The position numbers and the translations under genes are program-made. DNA of 64,000 nucleotides from an uncultured Pelagibacteraceae bacterium (GTDB lineage: Bacteria > Pseudomonadota > Alphaproteobacteria > Pelagibacterales > Pelagibacteraceae), in assembly GCA_902555655.1 (NCBI GenBank), contig CACDSX010000002.1:21849-85848 (forward strand), written 5' to 3'. Below the pieces are notes generated by a model. The model saw nothing but the letters and a program-made list of their open reading frames with translations, ran no database searches and was not told the origin of the DNA. This document shows, one piece after another, positions 19,387-29,026 of the stretch. Within the stretch, counting starts at the first letter, position 1; every line of letters begins with the position of its first letter.

Positions 19387-20514
19387 TTATTGATTTACTA
19401 GTTTTTGATACATTGCTTGGTCTGTATCTCCTTCACAACCGATTATCATCACATTTGAATTTTTATTTAATCCAATTTTTTCTTTTATTTTTTCATTTTC
19501 ACAACTTGTAATTAAACTGATCACACCTGGAGCTGAGTTTTCTCCAGCAATTATTTTTTCTTCACTAAAACTTGCATTTCCTAGTAGCTTCATAGTTTTT
19601 GCAATATCATCATCAGGTAAACTTAAACAATATTTTACAGAATTTCTCAAAATTTCCCATGGGACTAATGATACCTCACCACATGACATACCTCCCATTA
19701 AACTTTCTCTCTTGATATCGATTTTTTCTATTTTACCAGTTCTAATACTTTCCAAAACGCATGCTGCACTATCAGGTTCTACAGTTATAGTGATTGGAAC
19801 ATTATCAAGATATCTTGCTATTCCTGCAACCATTGCTCCCGCCATACCACCTACACCTGCTTGTAAAATTATATGAGAGATCTTGTTTTGGTTAATCTGA
19901 TCAACAATTTCTTTCATCATAACTGTGTAACCAGCCATCGTATATTTTGGAACAATCATGTAATCTTTCCAAGCAACATCCTGAACAATTTGCCAATTGC
20001 TATCTGTCGATTGTTTAATGCATTCAATTAATGATTTTTCATAATTGCCTTTAACCTTTACCACATCTGCTCCTAGTTCAGCCATTGCTTGTCCTCTAGC
20101 ATCACTAACAAACTCACTGATGAAAATTTTACATTTAAGCCCAAGTCTTCTTGCTCCCCAAGCAACAGATCTACCATGATTGCCTGCTGTCGCAGTTGCA
20201 ACAACAATATCTTTATTTCCCTTAGAAACTTTTTCTACTGCGTATGCTCCACCAAGTGCTTTAAATGATTTAAGATCAAATCTTTTACTTTCATCTTTAT
20301 AAAAAATTTTGTTTAATCTTAATTCTTTTGAAAGTTTATTTAATTCTATTAATGGTGTTGGAGAATATCCTTTCCAACTAGAAATACTTAAGTAAGCATC
20401 ATCTATATCTTTTTTTGATAATGAATTTAAAATTTTATTCTTATCGAATAAAAAATTCTTATTTTCAATGAATTCACTATATTTCCACAAATGGCCGTTA
20501 GATAAAATTGTCAT
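19387..20514 (-). CDS. dpaL: Diaminopropionate ammonia-lyase family PLP enzyme
   Basis: PTPL, KDESKRFDLKSFKALGGAYA (PLP Lys), ATAGNHGRSVAW, QAGVGG. Confidence 0.82.
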   Translation of the reverse strand: MTILSNGHLWKYSEFIENKNFLFDKNKILNSLSKKDIDDAYLSISSWKGYSPTPLIELNKLSKELRLNKIFYKDESKRFDLKSFKALGGAYAVEKVSKGNKDIVVATATAGNHGRSVAWGARRLGLKCKIFISEFVSDARGQAMAELGADVVKVKGNYEKSLIECIKQSTDSNWQIVQDVAWKDYMIVPKYTMAGYTVMMKEIVDQINQNKISHIILQAGVGGMAGAMVAGIARYLDNVPITITVEPDSAACVLESIRTGKIEKIDIKRESLMGGMSCGEVSLVPWEILRNSVKYCLSLPDDDIAKTMKLLGNASFSEEKIIAGENSAPGVISLITSCENEKIKEKIGLNKNSNVMIIGCEGDTDQAMYQKLVNQ

Positions 20515-20517
20515 ACT

Positions 20518-21843
20518 CTAACAGTCTAGCGTATTATCTCGTTCCCACCTAGTAATAGCTTTGGTTTTATCAAAATTTTCTTTTTGTTTAAATTCTTTAA
20601 GTTCTGAATTTCTAAGCTTGATATAACTGTTTATATTTTCTCTACCAAATGCATCATTCATATCTTTATTATTTTTAAGTTTTTCAAGAGATTGATCTAG
20701 TTCATCTGGAAGTTTTGGAAGATCAGGATATTTTTCATGATCTTCATACATATTACAATTTAATGGTTTTCCTGGATCTATCTTATTTTTTAATCCATCT
20801 AAACCTGCAGCTAAAACACTTGCTTGCAATAAATAAGGATTAGCAGAACCATCCATTAATCTTAATTCAAATCTACCAGGATCAGGAATTCTAATCATAT
20901 GAGTTCTATTGTTACCAGTGTAAGAAATACTGCTTGGTGACCATGATGCCCCTGATTTTGTTGGAGGAGCATTTATTCTTCTATAACTGTTTATTGTTGG
21001 ATTAAAAAAAGCTGATAGAGAAGACGCATTTTTAATTACCCCACCAAGAAAATTATACGCCATTTTACTCAATCCCATTCTATTAGATTTATCTAAAAAC
21101 TTATTTTTACTTCCATCCCAAACAGAAATATGTGCATGACATCCATTTCCAGTTAAATTTTCAAATGGTTTAGGCATAAAAGTTGCTCTTAAACCATGTT
21201 TTTCCGCAATAGTTTTGACCATGAATTTAAAGAAAGTATGTCTATCAGCAGTTAATAAACAATCATCATAATCCCAATTCATTTCAAATTGTCCATTAGC
21301 ATCTTCATGATCATTTTGATAAGGACCCCATCCCATTTCAATCATACAATCACAAATTTCTTTGATTAAATCATATCTTCTCATTAATGCTGATTGATCA
21401 TAACAAGGCTTTGATTGAGTATCTCTTGGATCTGCAATTGAATTACCATCTGGTGTTATAAGAAAATATTCACATTCTACTCCAGACTTCATTGTTAATC
21501 CTTTTTTTTCAAGTTTTTTAATTTGGTTTTTAAGCATTACTCTTGGTGATGCTTCTACTGGCTTTCCATTCATCCAAAGATCTGATGCTAACCAACCCAC
21601 TTCTTTATTCCATGGTAATTGAATAAGACTGTCAGGATCTGGAATACCAAACATATCAGAATCAGCTGGAGACATATCAAGCCATGCAGCAAAGCCAGCA
21701 AAGCCAGCACCAGCTTCTTGCATTTCTTTAATAGCTCTAGTAGGAACTAATTTTGATCTTAATACTCCAAATAGATCTACAAAACTAATTAGGAAGTATT
21801 TTATTTTTTTTTCTTTAGCAATTTTGAATAAGTTTTTTGGCAT
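20518..21843 (-). CDS. gmaS: Gamma-glutamylmethylamide synthetase (GlnT/type III-like ligase)
   Basis: KYFLISFVDLFGVLRSKLVP, GAGFAGFA, KPCYDQ, DHEDANGQFE, NNRTHMIR; methylamine gene context. Confidence 0.85.
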   Translation of the reverse strand: MPKNLFKIAKEKKIKYFLISFVDLFGVLRSKLVPTRAIKEMQEAGAGFAGFAAWLDMSPADSDMFGIPDPDSLIQLPWNKEVGWLASDLWMNGKPVEASPRVMLKNQIKKLEKKGLTMKSGVECEYFLITPDGNSIADPRDTQSKPCYDQSALMRRYDLIKEICDCMIEMGWGPYQNDHEDANGQFEMNWDYDDCLLTADRHTFFKFMVKTIAEKHGLRATFMPKPFENLTGNGCHAHISVWDGSKNKFLDKSNRMGLSKMAYNFLGGVIKNASSLSAFFNPTINSYRRINAPPTKSGASWSPSSISYTGNNRTHMIRIPDPGRFELRLMDGSANPYLLQASVLAAGLDGLKNKIDPGKPLNCNMYEDHEKYPDLPKLPDELDQSLEKLKNNKDMNDAFGRENINSYIKLRNSELKEFKQKENFDKTKAITRWERDNTLDC

Positions 21844-21860
21844 AAATTAAATTAACATAG

Positions 21861-22016
21861 TTACCTGAAAAAAGAAAAAATTGTTTCTTTATAATATATT
21901 AGATTCACAACAATAATTATAATTACTGCTAATATAACTCCATATTTTGCTTTAGGGAATGCAACCCCACGCATTTTAGTTGGTCTTAATTCTTCGTTAT
22001 TATTTTCTTTAGGCAT
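21861..22016 (-). CDS. Small single-TM protein (51 aa), absent from the ORF track
   Basis: Manual translation MPKENNNEELRPTKMRGVAFPKAKYGVILAVIIIIVVNLIYYKETIFSFFR*; fills the gap between the terminator and gmaS. Confidence 0.6.
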   Translation of the reverse strand: MPKENNNEELRPTKMRGVAFPKAKYGVILAVIIIIVVNLIYYKETIFSFFR

Positions 22017-22032
22017 TTTTTGATTAAATATT

Positions 22033-22062
22033 AAAAAAGGGCACCACAGTTAAGTAGCGCCC
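22033..22062 (-). terminator. Intrinsic terminator after amt and the small membrane gene
   Basis: Minus strand GGGCGCTAC-TTAACT-GTGGTGCCC-TTTTTT; the G-U pairs form only on this strand. Confidence 0.85.
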
Positions 22063-22077
22063 AAATTTTATTTTAAA

Positions 22078-22302
22078 TTACCAGTCGGTAATGTTGCTTT
22101 TATGGTCATTAGCACCATGTCTTTTTCTAGACAATCTTTCAAGTTCATCACTCTCAGATTTCGCAGTCAAAACATGCCAACCTAACCATAAAACGATACC
22201 AATGATAACTAGTGTCGTTTCCATTGATCCAGCACCAGGGTAAACAGCGCCAACAACTTCTTCAGCACTTAGGTGATCGATCCAATTTGTAACTGTAGCC
22301 AT
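22078..22302 (-). CDS. Small single-TM protein co-transcribed with amt
   Basis: 74 aa with TM segment TLVIIGIVLWLGWHVL; AGGAG RBS; 12 bp from the amt stop. Confidence 0.75.
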   Translation of the reverse strand: MATVTNWIDHLSAEEVVGAVYPGAGSMETTLVIIGIVLWLGWHVLTAKSESDELERLSRKRHGANDHKSNITDW

Positions 22303-22314
22303 ATTTTATCTCCT

Positions 22315-23715
22315 TTACCTGGTTGCGGATGAAACTGCTCTTTCATCTTTCTTAGCAGATTCCATCATTTCATAATCCAGTCCAGCTATTTCAACATCTC
22401 GTGGGATTCTTAATTTACCCATTCCATGAAGTACTTTAGCTATGACATAACCTGGTAGCATTCCAAGAACACCAAACATTATTATTGCTCCTAAGAATTG
22501 CCCCAATGGATTGATTGATGCATAAGTTGTTCCATCCCACATAGCACCAACATTGTATCCAGATGATGGATAACCATTTAAGACAAAACCACAAATTACT
22601 AGACCAACAAAACCAGCATAACCATGCACTGCAACTGCACCGACCGCATCATCAATTTTGAACTTACGTTCAACCCAGTAATGTAGTTTGTATGCAATTA
22701 CAACACCGATCATACCAATAATCATTGCTTGAATTGGATGATATAAATCATTTCCAGCTGAAGCACAGATAACACCTGCTAGTCCACTTGAGTATGTCCA
22801 GAAAGGGTCACCTTTAGCAATCCAATAACCGGCCAATAAACCACCTGATAATGACATCAAGAAGTTAAAGGTAATACCACTAAGTGTAGTAGGGGTTACA
22901 TATATGTTTGTAGCTGTCCAATAAGTTACACCTTCCATCCCGTACTCGGGTCCAAGGTCAAAGATTGGTATATTGCATGCTGCATAAAATCCCCAGAAAC
23001 CAGTATAAATTAAAAATAATCCAACTGTTACTAGCCAAGGATTTCTTGGTCCTATATTTCTTGGTTCACCACTTGATGAAAATTTACCAATTCTTGGTCC
23101 TAAAACGCATAGAACACCTAAAGCAAATCCACCTGCAATTGCGTGAATTACCCCTGATGCGTAAGCATCATGATATCCTAAAATTTTAAGCATCCATCCA
23201 TCAAAGTGCCATCCCCAAGCAGCGTCAATTGTCCAAAATACAGATCCAATTGCTATTGCTAAAATTCCAAAAGCAAATGTTGTAATTCTTTCAATGATTG
23301 CTCCTGAAACAATAGAAGCAGCTGTCCATGAGAATAGTAAGAAAGCAGCCCAGAATACACCACTTATGTGGTCACCTAAGTTAATCGCCATATACTCTGT
23401 GTTAGCTAAGTACCATTTAGCACTAAAAGTACTTTCATCAGTAATTAAAGCTGTGCTTTCATTCATTATTGAAGGAGCTATTCCCGGTCCTGTTGGGAAT
23501 GCCCAGTAAATCCACCAACCAAAGAAAAACCAAGTTACTGTTACCAATGGTATCAGCATTGTATTCTTCATAAGAGTATGTTGGTGATGTTTATATCGAG
23601 AAGCTCCAACCTCATACATACAGAATCCGACGTGAATTAAAAACATCAATACCACTGTTACCCAGTAGTAAAATTCTGTAAATATTGTCGTAAGAGCACC
23701 TAACTGATCAGTCAT
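22315..23715 (-). CDS. amt: Ammonium/methylammonium transporter (Amt family, divergent)
   Basis: ASIVSGAIIER, VIHAIAG and VAVHGYAG (twin His), LGPRIGKF, DDAVGA. Confidence 0.9.
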   Translation of the reverse strand: MTDQLGALTTIFTEFYYWVTVVLMFLIHVGFCMYEVGASRYKHHQHTLMKNTMLIPLVTVTWFFFGWWIYWAFPTGPGIAPSIMNESTALITDESTFSAKWYLANTEYMAINLGDHISGVFWAAFLLFSWTAASIVSGAIIERITTFAFGILAIAIGSVFWTIDAAWGWHFDGWMLKILGYHDAYASGVIHAIAGGFALGVLCVLGPRIGKFSSSGEPRNIGPRNPWLVTVGLFLIYTGFWGFYAACNIPIFDLGPEYGMEGVTYWTATNIYVTPTTLSGITFNFLMSLSGGLLAGYWIAKGDPFWTYSSGLAGVICASAGNDLYHPIQAMIIGMIGVVIAYKLHYWVERKFKIDDAVGAVAVHGYAGFVGLVICGFVLNGYPSSGYNVGAMWDGTTYASINPLGQFLGAIIMFGVLGMLPGYVIAKVLHGMGKLRIPRDVEIAGLDYEMMESAKKDERAVSSATR

Positions 23716-23783
23716 ATCCTCTCCTTAATTAGTTTCTAAAACCCTATAAAATTTCTAAAGGTGTGACAAATAAAACAATCTCC

Positions 23784-23811
23784 TAAAACCTATTATAGAC
23801 AATAGGTTTTA
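23784..23811. promoter_or_regulatory. 11-bp perfect inverted repeat upstream of amt
   Basis: TAAAACCTATT-ATAGAC-AATAGGTTTTA. Confidence 0.5.
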
Positions 23812-23839
23812 AAAATAAAATCAACTTTAGATTGTGTAA

Positions 23840-24256
23840 TTAAAATTTTAAGTATGCTTTTTTTAAATCAACAAGAGGGTGTTTTGGAGACATTTGAAAT
23901 TTAACCAATAACTCTCTTGCTATCATATCTCTATCTTGTTGATTTTCAGGTAATTTTATGGATTTTGGAATTGTAACCCAACCGTTAGCATTTCTACAAA
24001 ACACAGCAGGTCTACCTTCTTCATAACCCATGTGAACATCCTCTAACCAGTTTAAATCATCCCAACCCATAGCCTCAACATACTTCCTGAGAAATGGTGT
24101 TATCTTTTTATAATCTGGTAGCAAATTTACATCGTATCTATAACCGATATGCTGGCCAATTAGTTTTTCTCTAGCAGTTTCTTTAAAAGTACCAAGCTTC
24201 ATTTTTCTTTCTTTTTTTGGCTTGCTTTTTATTTTTTTTGTTTTTTTTTTAGCCAT
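23840..24256 (-). CDS. Hypothetical protein at the end of the mgs operon
   Basis: 138 aa ORF with Lys-rich N-terminus, GAGG RBS, 8 bp from the mgsC stop. Confidence 0.75.
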   Translation of the reverse strand: MAKKKTKKIKSKPKKERKMKLGTFKETAREKLIGQHIGYRYDVNLLPDYKKITPFLRKYVEAMGWDDLNWLEDVHMGYEEGRPAVFCRNANGWVTIPKSIKLPENQQDRDMIARELLVKFQMSPKHPLVDLKKAYLKF

Positions 24257-24264
24257 TATTACCT

Positions 24265-25674
24265 CTATATTTTATGAAAGTTATCCACCCCAACAGTGTA
24301 ATTAGTTCCTGCTAGAGGCACTTTTGCTAAAGCAGATGCTTCTGATGTTAACGCAGCTAAATCTTCTGGCTCTAAAGAATGGATATTAGTTTTACCACAT
24401 GCTCTAGCTAGAAGTTGTGCTTCTAAAGTCATTGAGTGTAAATAATTATATACTCTTAATGCAGCATCATCAGGGTTTAACCTTGCTCTTAATTTTGGAT
24501 CTTGTGTAGCAACACCAACTGGACATCTTCCAGTGTGACAGTGGTAACATTCACCGGCTTTAACTCCCATTTCTTTTTCGAAGTTAGCTTCAGGAATATC
24601 TTTATTGCAGTTTAAAGCTATCATTGATCCAGTACCAATTGCAATTGCATCAGCGCCCAATGCTAAAGCTTTTGCCATATCAGCACCATCTCTGACACCA
24701 CCAGCGTAAATTAGAGTTACCTTTCCAGTTTTACCTACATCATCGATTGCTCTTCTTGCTTCTCTGATTGCAGCAATTCCTGGAATACCAGTATTAGCAG
24801 CAGCGATGTGTGGACCTGCTCCAGTAGATCCTTCCATACCATCTAAATAAATAGAATCTGGATCACATTTTGCAGCCATTCGAACATCATCATAAACTTT
24901 TGATGCCCCAAGTTTTAATTGAATTGGAACTTTATTTTTTGTTAGCTGTCTTAATTCTTCAACTTTTAAAGCTAAGTCATCAGGACCTAACCAGTCTGGA
25001 TGTCTTGCAGGTGATCTTTGATCAATACCTGAGGGTAATGATCTCATTTCAGCAACTTGATCAGTAACCTTTTGACCCATTAAGTGTCCACCCATTCCAA
25101 CTTTTTGTCCTTGACCAATAAATACTTCAATACCATCAGCTAACTGAGCATGATGAGGATTAAACCCATATCTTGATTGAATACATTGGTAGTACCATTT
25201 TTCAGAATATCTTCTTTCATCAGGAATCATTCCACCTTCACCTGAACATGTTGCGCTTCCAGCCATTGTTGCTCCTCTTGCTAAAGCAGTTTTAGCTTCA
25301 TAAGATAATGCACCAAAGCTCATACCAGTAATATAAACAGGAATATCTAATTCAATTGGGTTTTCACATCTTGGACCAATTACAGTTTTTGTTTCACATT
25401 TTTCTCTATAACCTTCAATTACAAATCTTGTTAGAGTACCTGGCAAGAATACCAAATCATCAAAGGTAGGAATTTTTTTCATTAATGCCATACCACGCAT
25501 TCTGTATCTTCCTAACTGTGCTTTTATATGAATATCGTCTATAACTTCTGGAGTAAAAATAGCATTGTGGCCTAATAAGCTTTTATTTCTTTTACCTTCT
25601 TCATGTGCGTGAACATCAGCTTTTCCTCCAACACCTTTACCATTTGATTTTTTTTTATTTTTTTTCTTAGCCAT
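24265..25674 (-). CDS. mgsC: N-methylglutamate synthase subunit C (FMN-binding glutamate synthase domain, GlxD)
   Basis: GMSFGALS, SGEGG, GMGGHL, RSPARHPDW, CYHCHTGRCPVGVATQDP. Confidence 0.85.
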   Translation of the reverse strand: MAKKKNKKKSNGKGVGGKADVHAHEEGKRNKSLLGHNAIFTPEVIDDIHIKAQLGRYRMRGMALMKKIPTFDDLVFLPGTLTRFVIEGYREKCETKTVIGPRCENPIELDIPVYITGMSFGALSYEAKTALARGATMAGSATCSGEGGMIPDERRYSEKWYYQCIQSRYGFNPHHAQLADGIEVFIGQGQKVGMGGHLMGQKVTDQVAEMRSLPSGIDQRSPARHPDWLGPDDLALKVEELRQLTKNKVPIQLKLGASKVYDDVRMAAKCDPDSIYLDGMEGSTGAGPHIAAANTGIPGIAAIREARRAIDDVGKTGKVTLIYAGGVRDGADMAKALALGADAIAIGTGSMIALNCNKDIPEANFEKEMGVKAGECYHCHTGRCPVGVATQDPKLRARLNPDDAALRVYNYLHSMTLEAQLLARACGKTNIHSLEPEDLAALTSEASALAKVPLAGTNYTVGVDNFHKI

Positions 25675-26528
25675 TAAATTGCTCCTTTTTTTTCTGTAGG
25701 TTCTAAATTATCATAGTTCCAAAGTTTTTTACCGGCTACTATCTTCTTCATTTTACTTACATCAAAATTTTCACCAATTTCAGCTACTTTTAGTTTTCTT
25801 TTTAACCAATCTTGATCACTCTTTGTTAATTCTGCATCTACAGCATCACTACCATATGAGCCAATTTCTCCACCTACGAAAATTGTCCCATCATACATAG
25901 AGTCTCCCAAATTTATCCCAACATCACCTAAAATAATTATTCTACCTCTTTGCATCATGAAACCTGTAAATGCACCAGCATCACCACCGATGATTATTGT
26001 TCCACCTTTCATATCGATACCTGTTCTTGCACCTACACTACCTTTGCAAATCAAATCTCCACCTCTGATTGCAGCACCAAAACAAGATCCAGCATTTTTC
26101 TCAATAACAACTTTTCCTGCCATTAAATTTTCTGCACAAGACCAGCCAACTCTTCCATTAATTCTTACTATAGGACCATCACATGAGCCCATTCCAAAGT
26201 AACCCAAGCTACCTTCGAAAATTAAATTTAATTTATTTAAGATACCGACACCTAAACTATGTTTACCTTGAGGATTTTTAATTACAATCGTTCCATAACC
26301 TTCACTCATTAAATTGTCTATCTTTTTGTTAGCTTCTGCAGCTGTCATATCTTTAACATCAAGATCTGTTCTTTTATTAAAATCAACATCATATGTTCCA
26401 AAATAATAAAAATTTTCAGCTTCATCAGGATTAAAAAACTTTTGTTGAGTTCTACCTGTTAGAACTTCAGTATGCATACCCATTGCTTGGGATTTAGTTT
26501 TTTTCTCGGTGTTTTTTAAATTTGCCAT
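25674..26528 (-). CDS. mgsB: N-methylglutamate synthase subunit B (GXGXG domain, GlxC)
   Basis: Gly-rich beta-helix repeats GSVGARTGIDMKGG, GDAGAFTGFMMQRG, LGDSMYDG. Confidence 0.85.
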   Translation of the reverse strand: MANLKNTEKKTKSQAMGMHTEVLTGRTQQKFFNPDEAENFYYFGTYDVDFNKRTDLDVKDMTAAEANKKIDNLMSEGYGTIVIKNPQGKHSLGVGILNKLNLIFEGSLGYFGMGSCDGPIVRINGRVGWSCAENLMAGKVVIEKNAGSCFGAAIRGGDLICKGSVGARTGIDMKGGTIIIGGDAGAFTGFMMQRGRIIILGDVGINLGDSMYDGTIFVGGEIGSYGSDAVDAELTKSDQDWLKRKLKVAEIGENFDVSKMKKIVAGKKLWNYDNLEPTEKKGAI

Positions 26529-27460
26529 ACTTTAACCTCTCCATCAAATGGGTCGTATGTATCAATTTCTTGTGGTAAAATTGACCTTATTGCTATTTCC
26601 TCTGATCCCATTGCTACTAAATCGTCTGACTCATAAAGAACTAAAGGCTTTGCAGCCATAGTATCTTTTGCCATACCTAATGAGTCTTTTGTTGCTACAA
26701 AATAAGTAAATACTCCATCTAATCCTGTAAGAGAATCTTTCATTCCTTCTTCTAAAGACGCTCCATCTCTCATTTTTTCAGCTATATAAACTGCGATTAA
26801 CTCTGAGTCACATTCAGACATAAATCTCATTCCTTTATTTTCTAATGCTCTTCTATTATTCCAATAATTCGTTAATTGACCATTATGAACAACAGATACA
26901 TCACTAAAAGGATAACCCCAAAAAGGGTGAGCAGATTTAATATCTACACCTGACTCTGTTGCCATTCTAGCATGACCAATTGCATGTGTTCCAATAACTT
27001 TATCTAAATTATATCTATCACAAACCATTTTAGCATTTCCTAAATCTTTAATTACTTCTAAAGATTTACCCATAGAAAGAATTTCAACACCAGGAATACT
27101 CTCAATCTTTTGTGAAAACTCTAATAAATCTTTTTTATCATATTCAATTTCATACCTTAAAGAGTAGGGTAATATTCTTTCGTCTTTAACAATTTTAGCA
27201 CCCATCTCAGAAAGATAAGATTCAACAATTTTTTTTCTTTCATCATATACGGACACATCCTCAGCAATTGACGAACTACCTTCACCAACGTTTTCACCAA
27301 CTTTAACTCTCATGATAAAATTTTTACCTTCAGTGTCACCGTATAAAGCGTAACCAGTCGAGTCTTCTCCTCTATGTTTTAAAGCTTGCAACATTCCTTG
27401 CAATTCATGACCAACTTTTGAAGATTTGCCTCTATGTATTAATCCTGCTATTCCGCACAT
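26516..27460 (-). CDS. mgsA: N-methylglutamate synthase subunit A (class II amidotransferase, GlxB)
   Basis: N-terminal MCGIAG, HRGEDSTG, GHARMATES, HNGQLTN, CDSE. Confidence 0.85.
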   Translation of the reverse strand: MCGIAGLIHRGKSSKVGHELQGMLQALKHRGEDSTGYALYGDTEGKNFIMRVKVGENVGEGSSSIAEDVSVYDERKKIVESYLSEMGAKIVKDERILPYSLRYEIEYDKKDLLEFSQKIESIPGVEILSMGKSLEVIKDLGNAKMVCDRYNLDKVIGTHAIGHARMATESGVDIKSAHPFWGYPFSDVSVVHNGQLTNYWNNRRALENKGMRFMSECDSELIAVYIAEKMRDGASLEEGMKDSLTGLDGVFTYFVATKDSLGMAKDTMAAKPLVLYESDDLVAMGSEEIAIRSILPQEIDTYDPFDGEVKVWQI

Positions 27461-27486
27461 ATCTTTCCCTCTCTATAATTTAAAGC

Positions 27487-28956
27487 CTATGGTAGACAAT
27501 CTAAATAAGTATCCAGATCCCATTGAGTTGTTGCACCTAAAAATTTTTCCCATTCATCATTTTTATACCAATGAAATATTTTATACATTTCATCAGGCAT
27601 TGCAGATTGAATAACTTTGTCCTCAGATAATCTTTCAAGCGCCTCACCTAAACTTAAAGGTAATTTTTTAACATCTTTTCCTGCTTTTTGTGCTTCATAT
27701 ATATTTCTTGATTCTGGTTTGCCAGGATCAATATTGTTGGTTAGACCATCATCAAAAGCCTTTAATAAAGCAGATCCCATTAAATATGGATTGTGCATAG
27801 AGTCTACTGATCTATATTCAAATCTTCCTGGAGCAGAAACTCTTAATCCACAAGTTCTATTTTGATAACCCCAGTCAGCATATACTGGCGCCCAAAAACC
27901 TTGATCCCACAATCTTCTATATGAATTTACTGTAGAAGATCCAATAGCTGTTAATGCTGGAAGATGTTTCATAACACCACCAATAGATTTTAAACCTATT
28001 TTTCCAGGTAATTGAACATCTTTAGTATCAGGCATAAATGTATTTGTACCACCTTCAACATAACTAAATACCTCATCCATTCCAGGAATAGATTTATGAC
28101 CTAATTTATTTAATTTATCTTTTCCACCTGTCCATAAAGACATATTTGTATGACAGCCACTTGCTGAAACACCCATAAATGGTTTTGTCATAAAACACGC
28201 AATTAAATTAAACTCTCTAGCTACTTGCGCGCAGATTTGTCTATAAGTTGAAAGTCTGTCTGCATTTCTTAGAACATCATCATACATCCAGTTTAATTCT
28301 AATTGTCCAGGTGCATCTTCATGATCACCTTGAATCATATCAAAACCCATTGCTCTTGCGTATTCCATAACTTTCATAAATACTGGTCTTAACGACTCAA
28401 ATTGATCAATGTGATAACAATAAGGTTTTGAAAAACCTTTTCCAGTTGGAGTACCATCTGGATTTTTTGTTAACCACATCATCTCAGGTTCAGTACCTAC
28501 TCTTAATTGATAACCGTGTTTTTTCTTAAATTCTTCAGCAATTATTCTTAAATTGCCTCTACAATCAGATGTTAAATGTCCACCTGGGTTTTCTCTTTCT
28601 TCTCTATTTCTAAAACAAGTAACGAACACTCTTCCAACTTTTTTATCCCAAGGTAGCTGACAAAAAGTTTCTGGATCAGGAATTCCTACAAGCTCTTTAG
28701 CCTCAGGTCCGTACCCAATATAATTATTATGTCTATCTAAAAATAAGTTTGCAGTCGCTCCATAAACTAATTGAAATCCTTTTTCACAAGTTCTCTCCCA
28801 ATGGTCAGAAGGGATACCTTTACCAACAACTCTTCCTGTTACGGATATAAATTGGAAAAAAATATACTCAACACCAAGTTCATTTATTTTAGCTCTAACT
28901 TGTTTTACAAGTTTATCTCTACCAGGTTTATTTACGTGTTTTTCTAGATCAGTCAT
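27487..28956 (-). CDS. Glutamine synthetase-like gamma-glutamyl-amine ligase (second paralog)
   Basis: GTEPE, DHEDAPGQLE, KPF..SASGCH, QNRTCGLR, RFEYR..D..NPYL; lacks the GSI DGSS signature. Confidence 0.85.
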   Translation of the reverse strand: MTDLEKHVNKPGRDKLVKQVRAKINELGVEYIFFQFISVTGRVVGKGIPSDHWERTCEKGFQLVYGATANLFLDRHNNYIGYGPEAKELVGIPDPETFCQLPWDKKVGRVFVTCFRNREERENPGGHLTSDCRGNLRIIAEEFKKKHGYQLRVGTEPEMMWLTKNPDGTPTGKGFSKPYCYHIDQFESLRPVFMKVMEYARAMGFDMIQGDHEDAPGQLELNWMYDDVLRNADRLSTYRQICAQVAREFNLIACFMTKPFMGVSASGCHTNMSLWTGGKDKLNKLGHKSIPGMDEVFSYVEGGTNTFMPDTKDVQLPGKIGLKSIGGVMKHLPALTAIGSSTVNSYRRLWDQGFWAPVYADWGYQNRTCGLRVSAPGRFEYRSVDSMHNPYLMGSALLKAFDDGLTNNIDPGKPESRNIYEAQKAGKDVKKLPLSLGEALERLSEDKVIQSAMPDEMYKIFHWYKNDEWEKFLGATTQWDLDTYLDCLP

Positions 28957-29026
28957 TGTCCCCTCTGTTAAGAATTTTTAGTTCAAAAAGGTAACTGAAA
29001 AAAAAACGTCTGTCTACTTAGATAAA

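Noticed and set aside
20518-28956. Reading the cluster as ordinary GS/GOGAT ammonium assimilation
   Set aside because: The glutamate synthase domains are split into three small genes, there is no gltD, and both ligases lack GSI signatures; context fits the N-methylglutamate pathway
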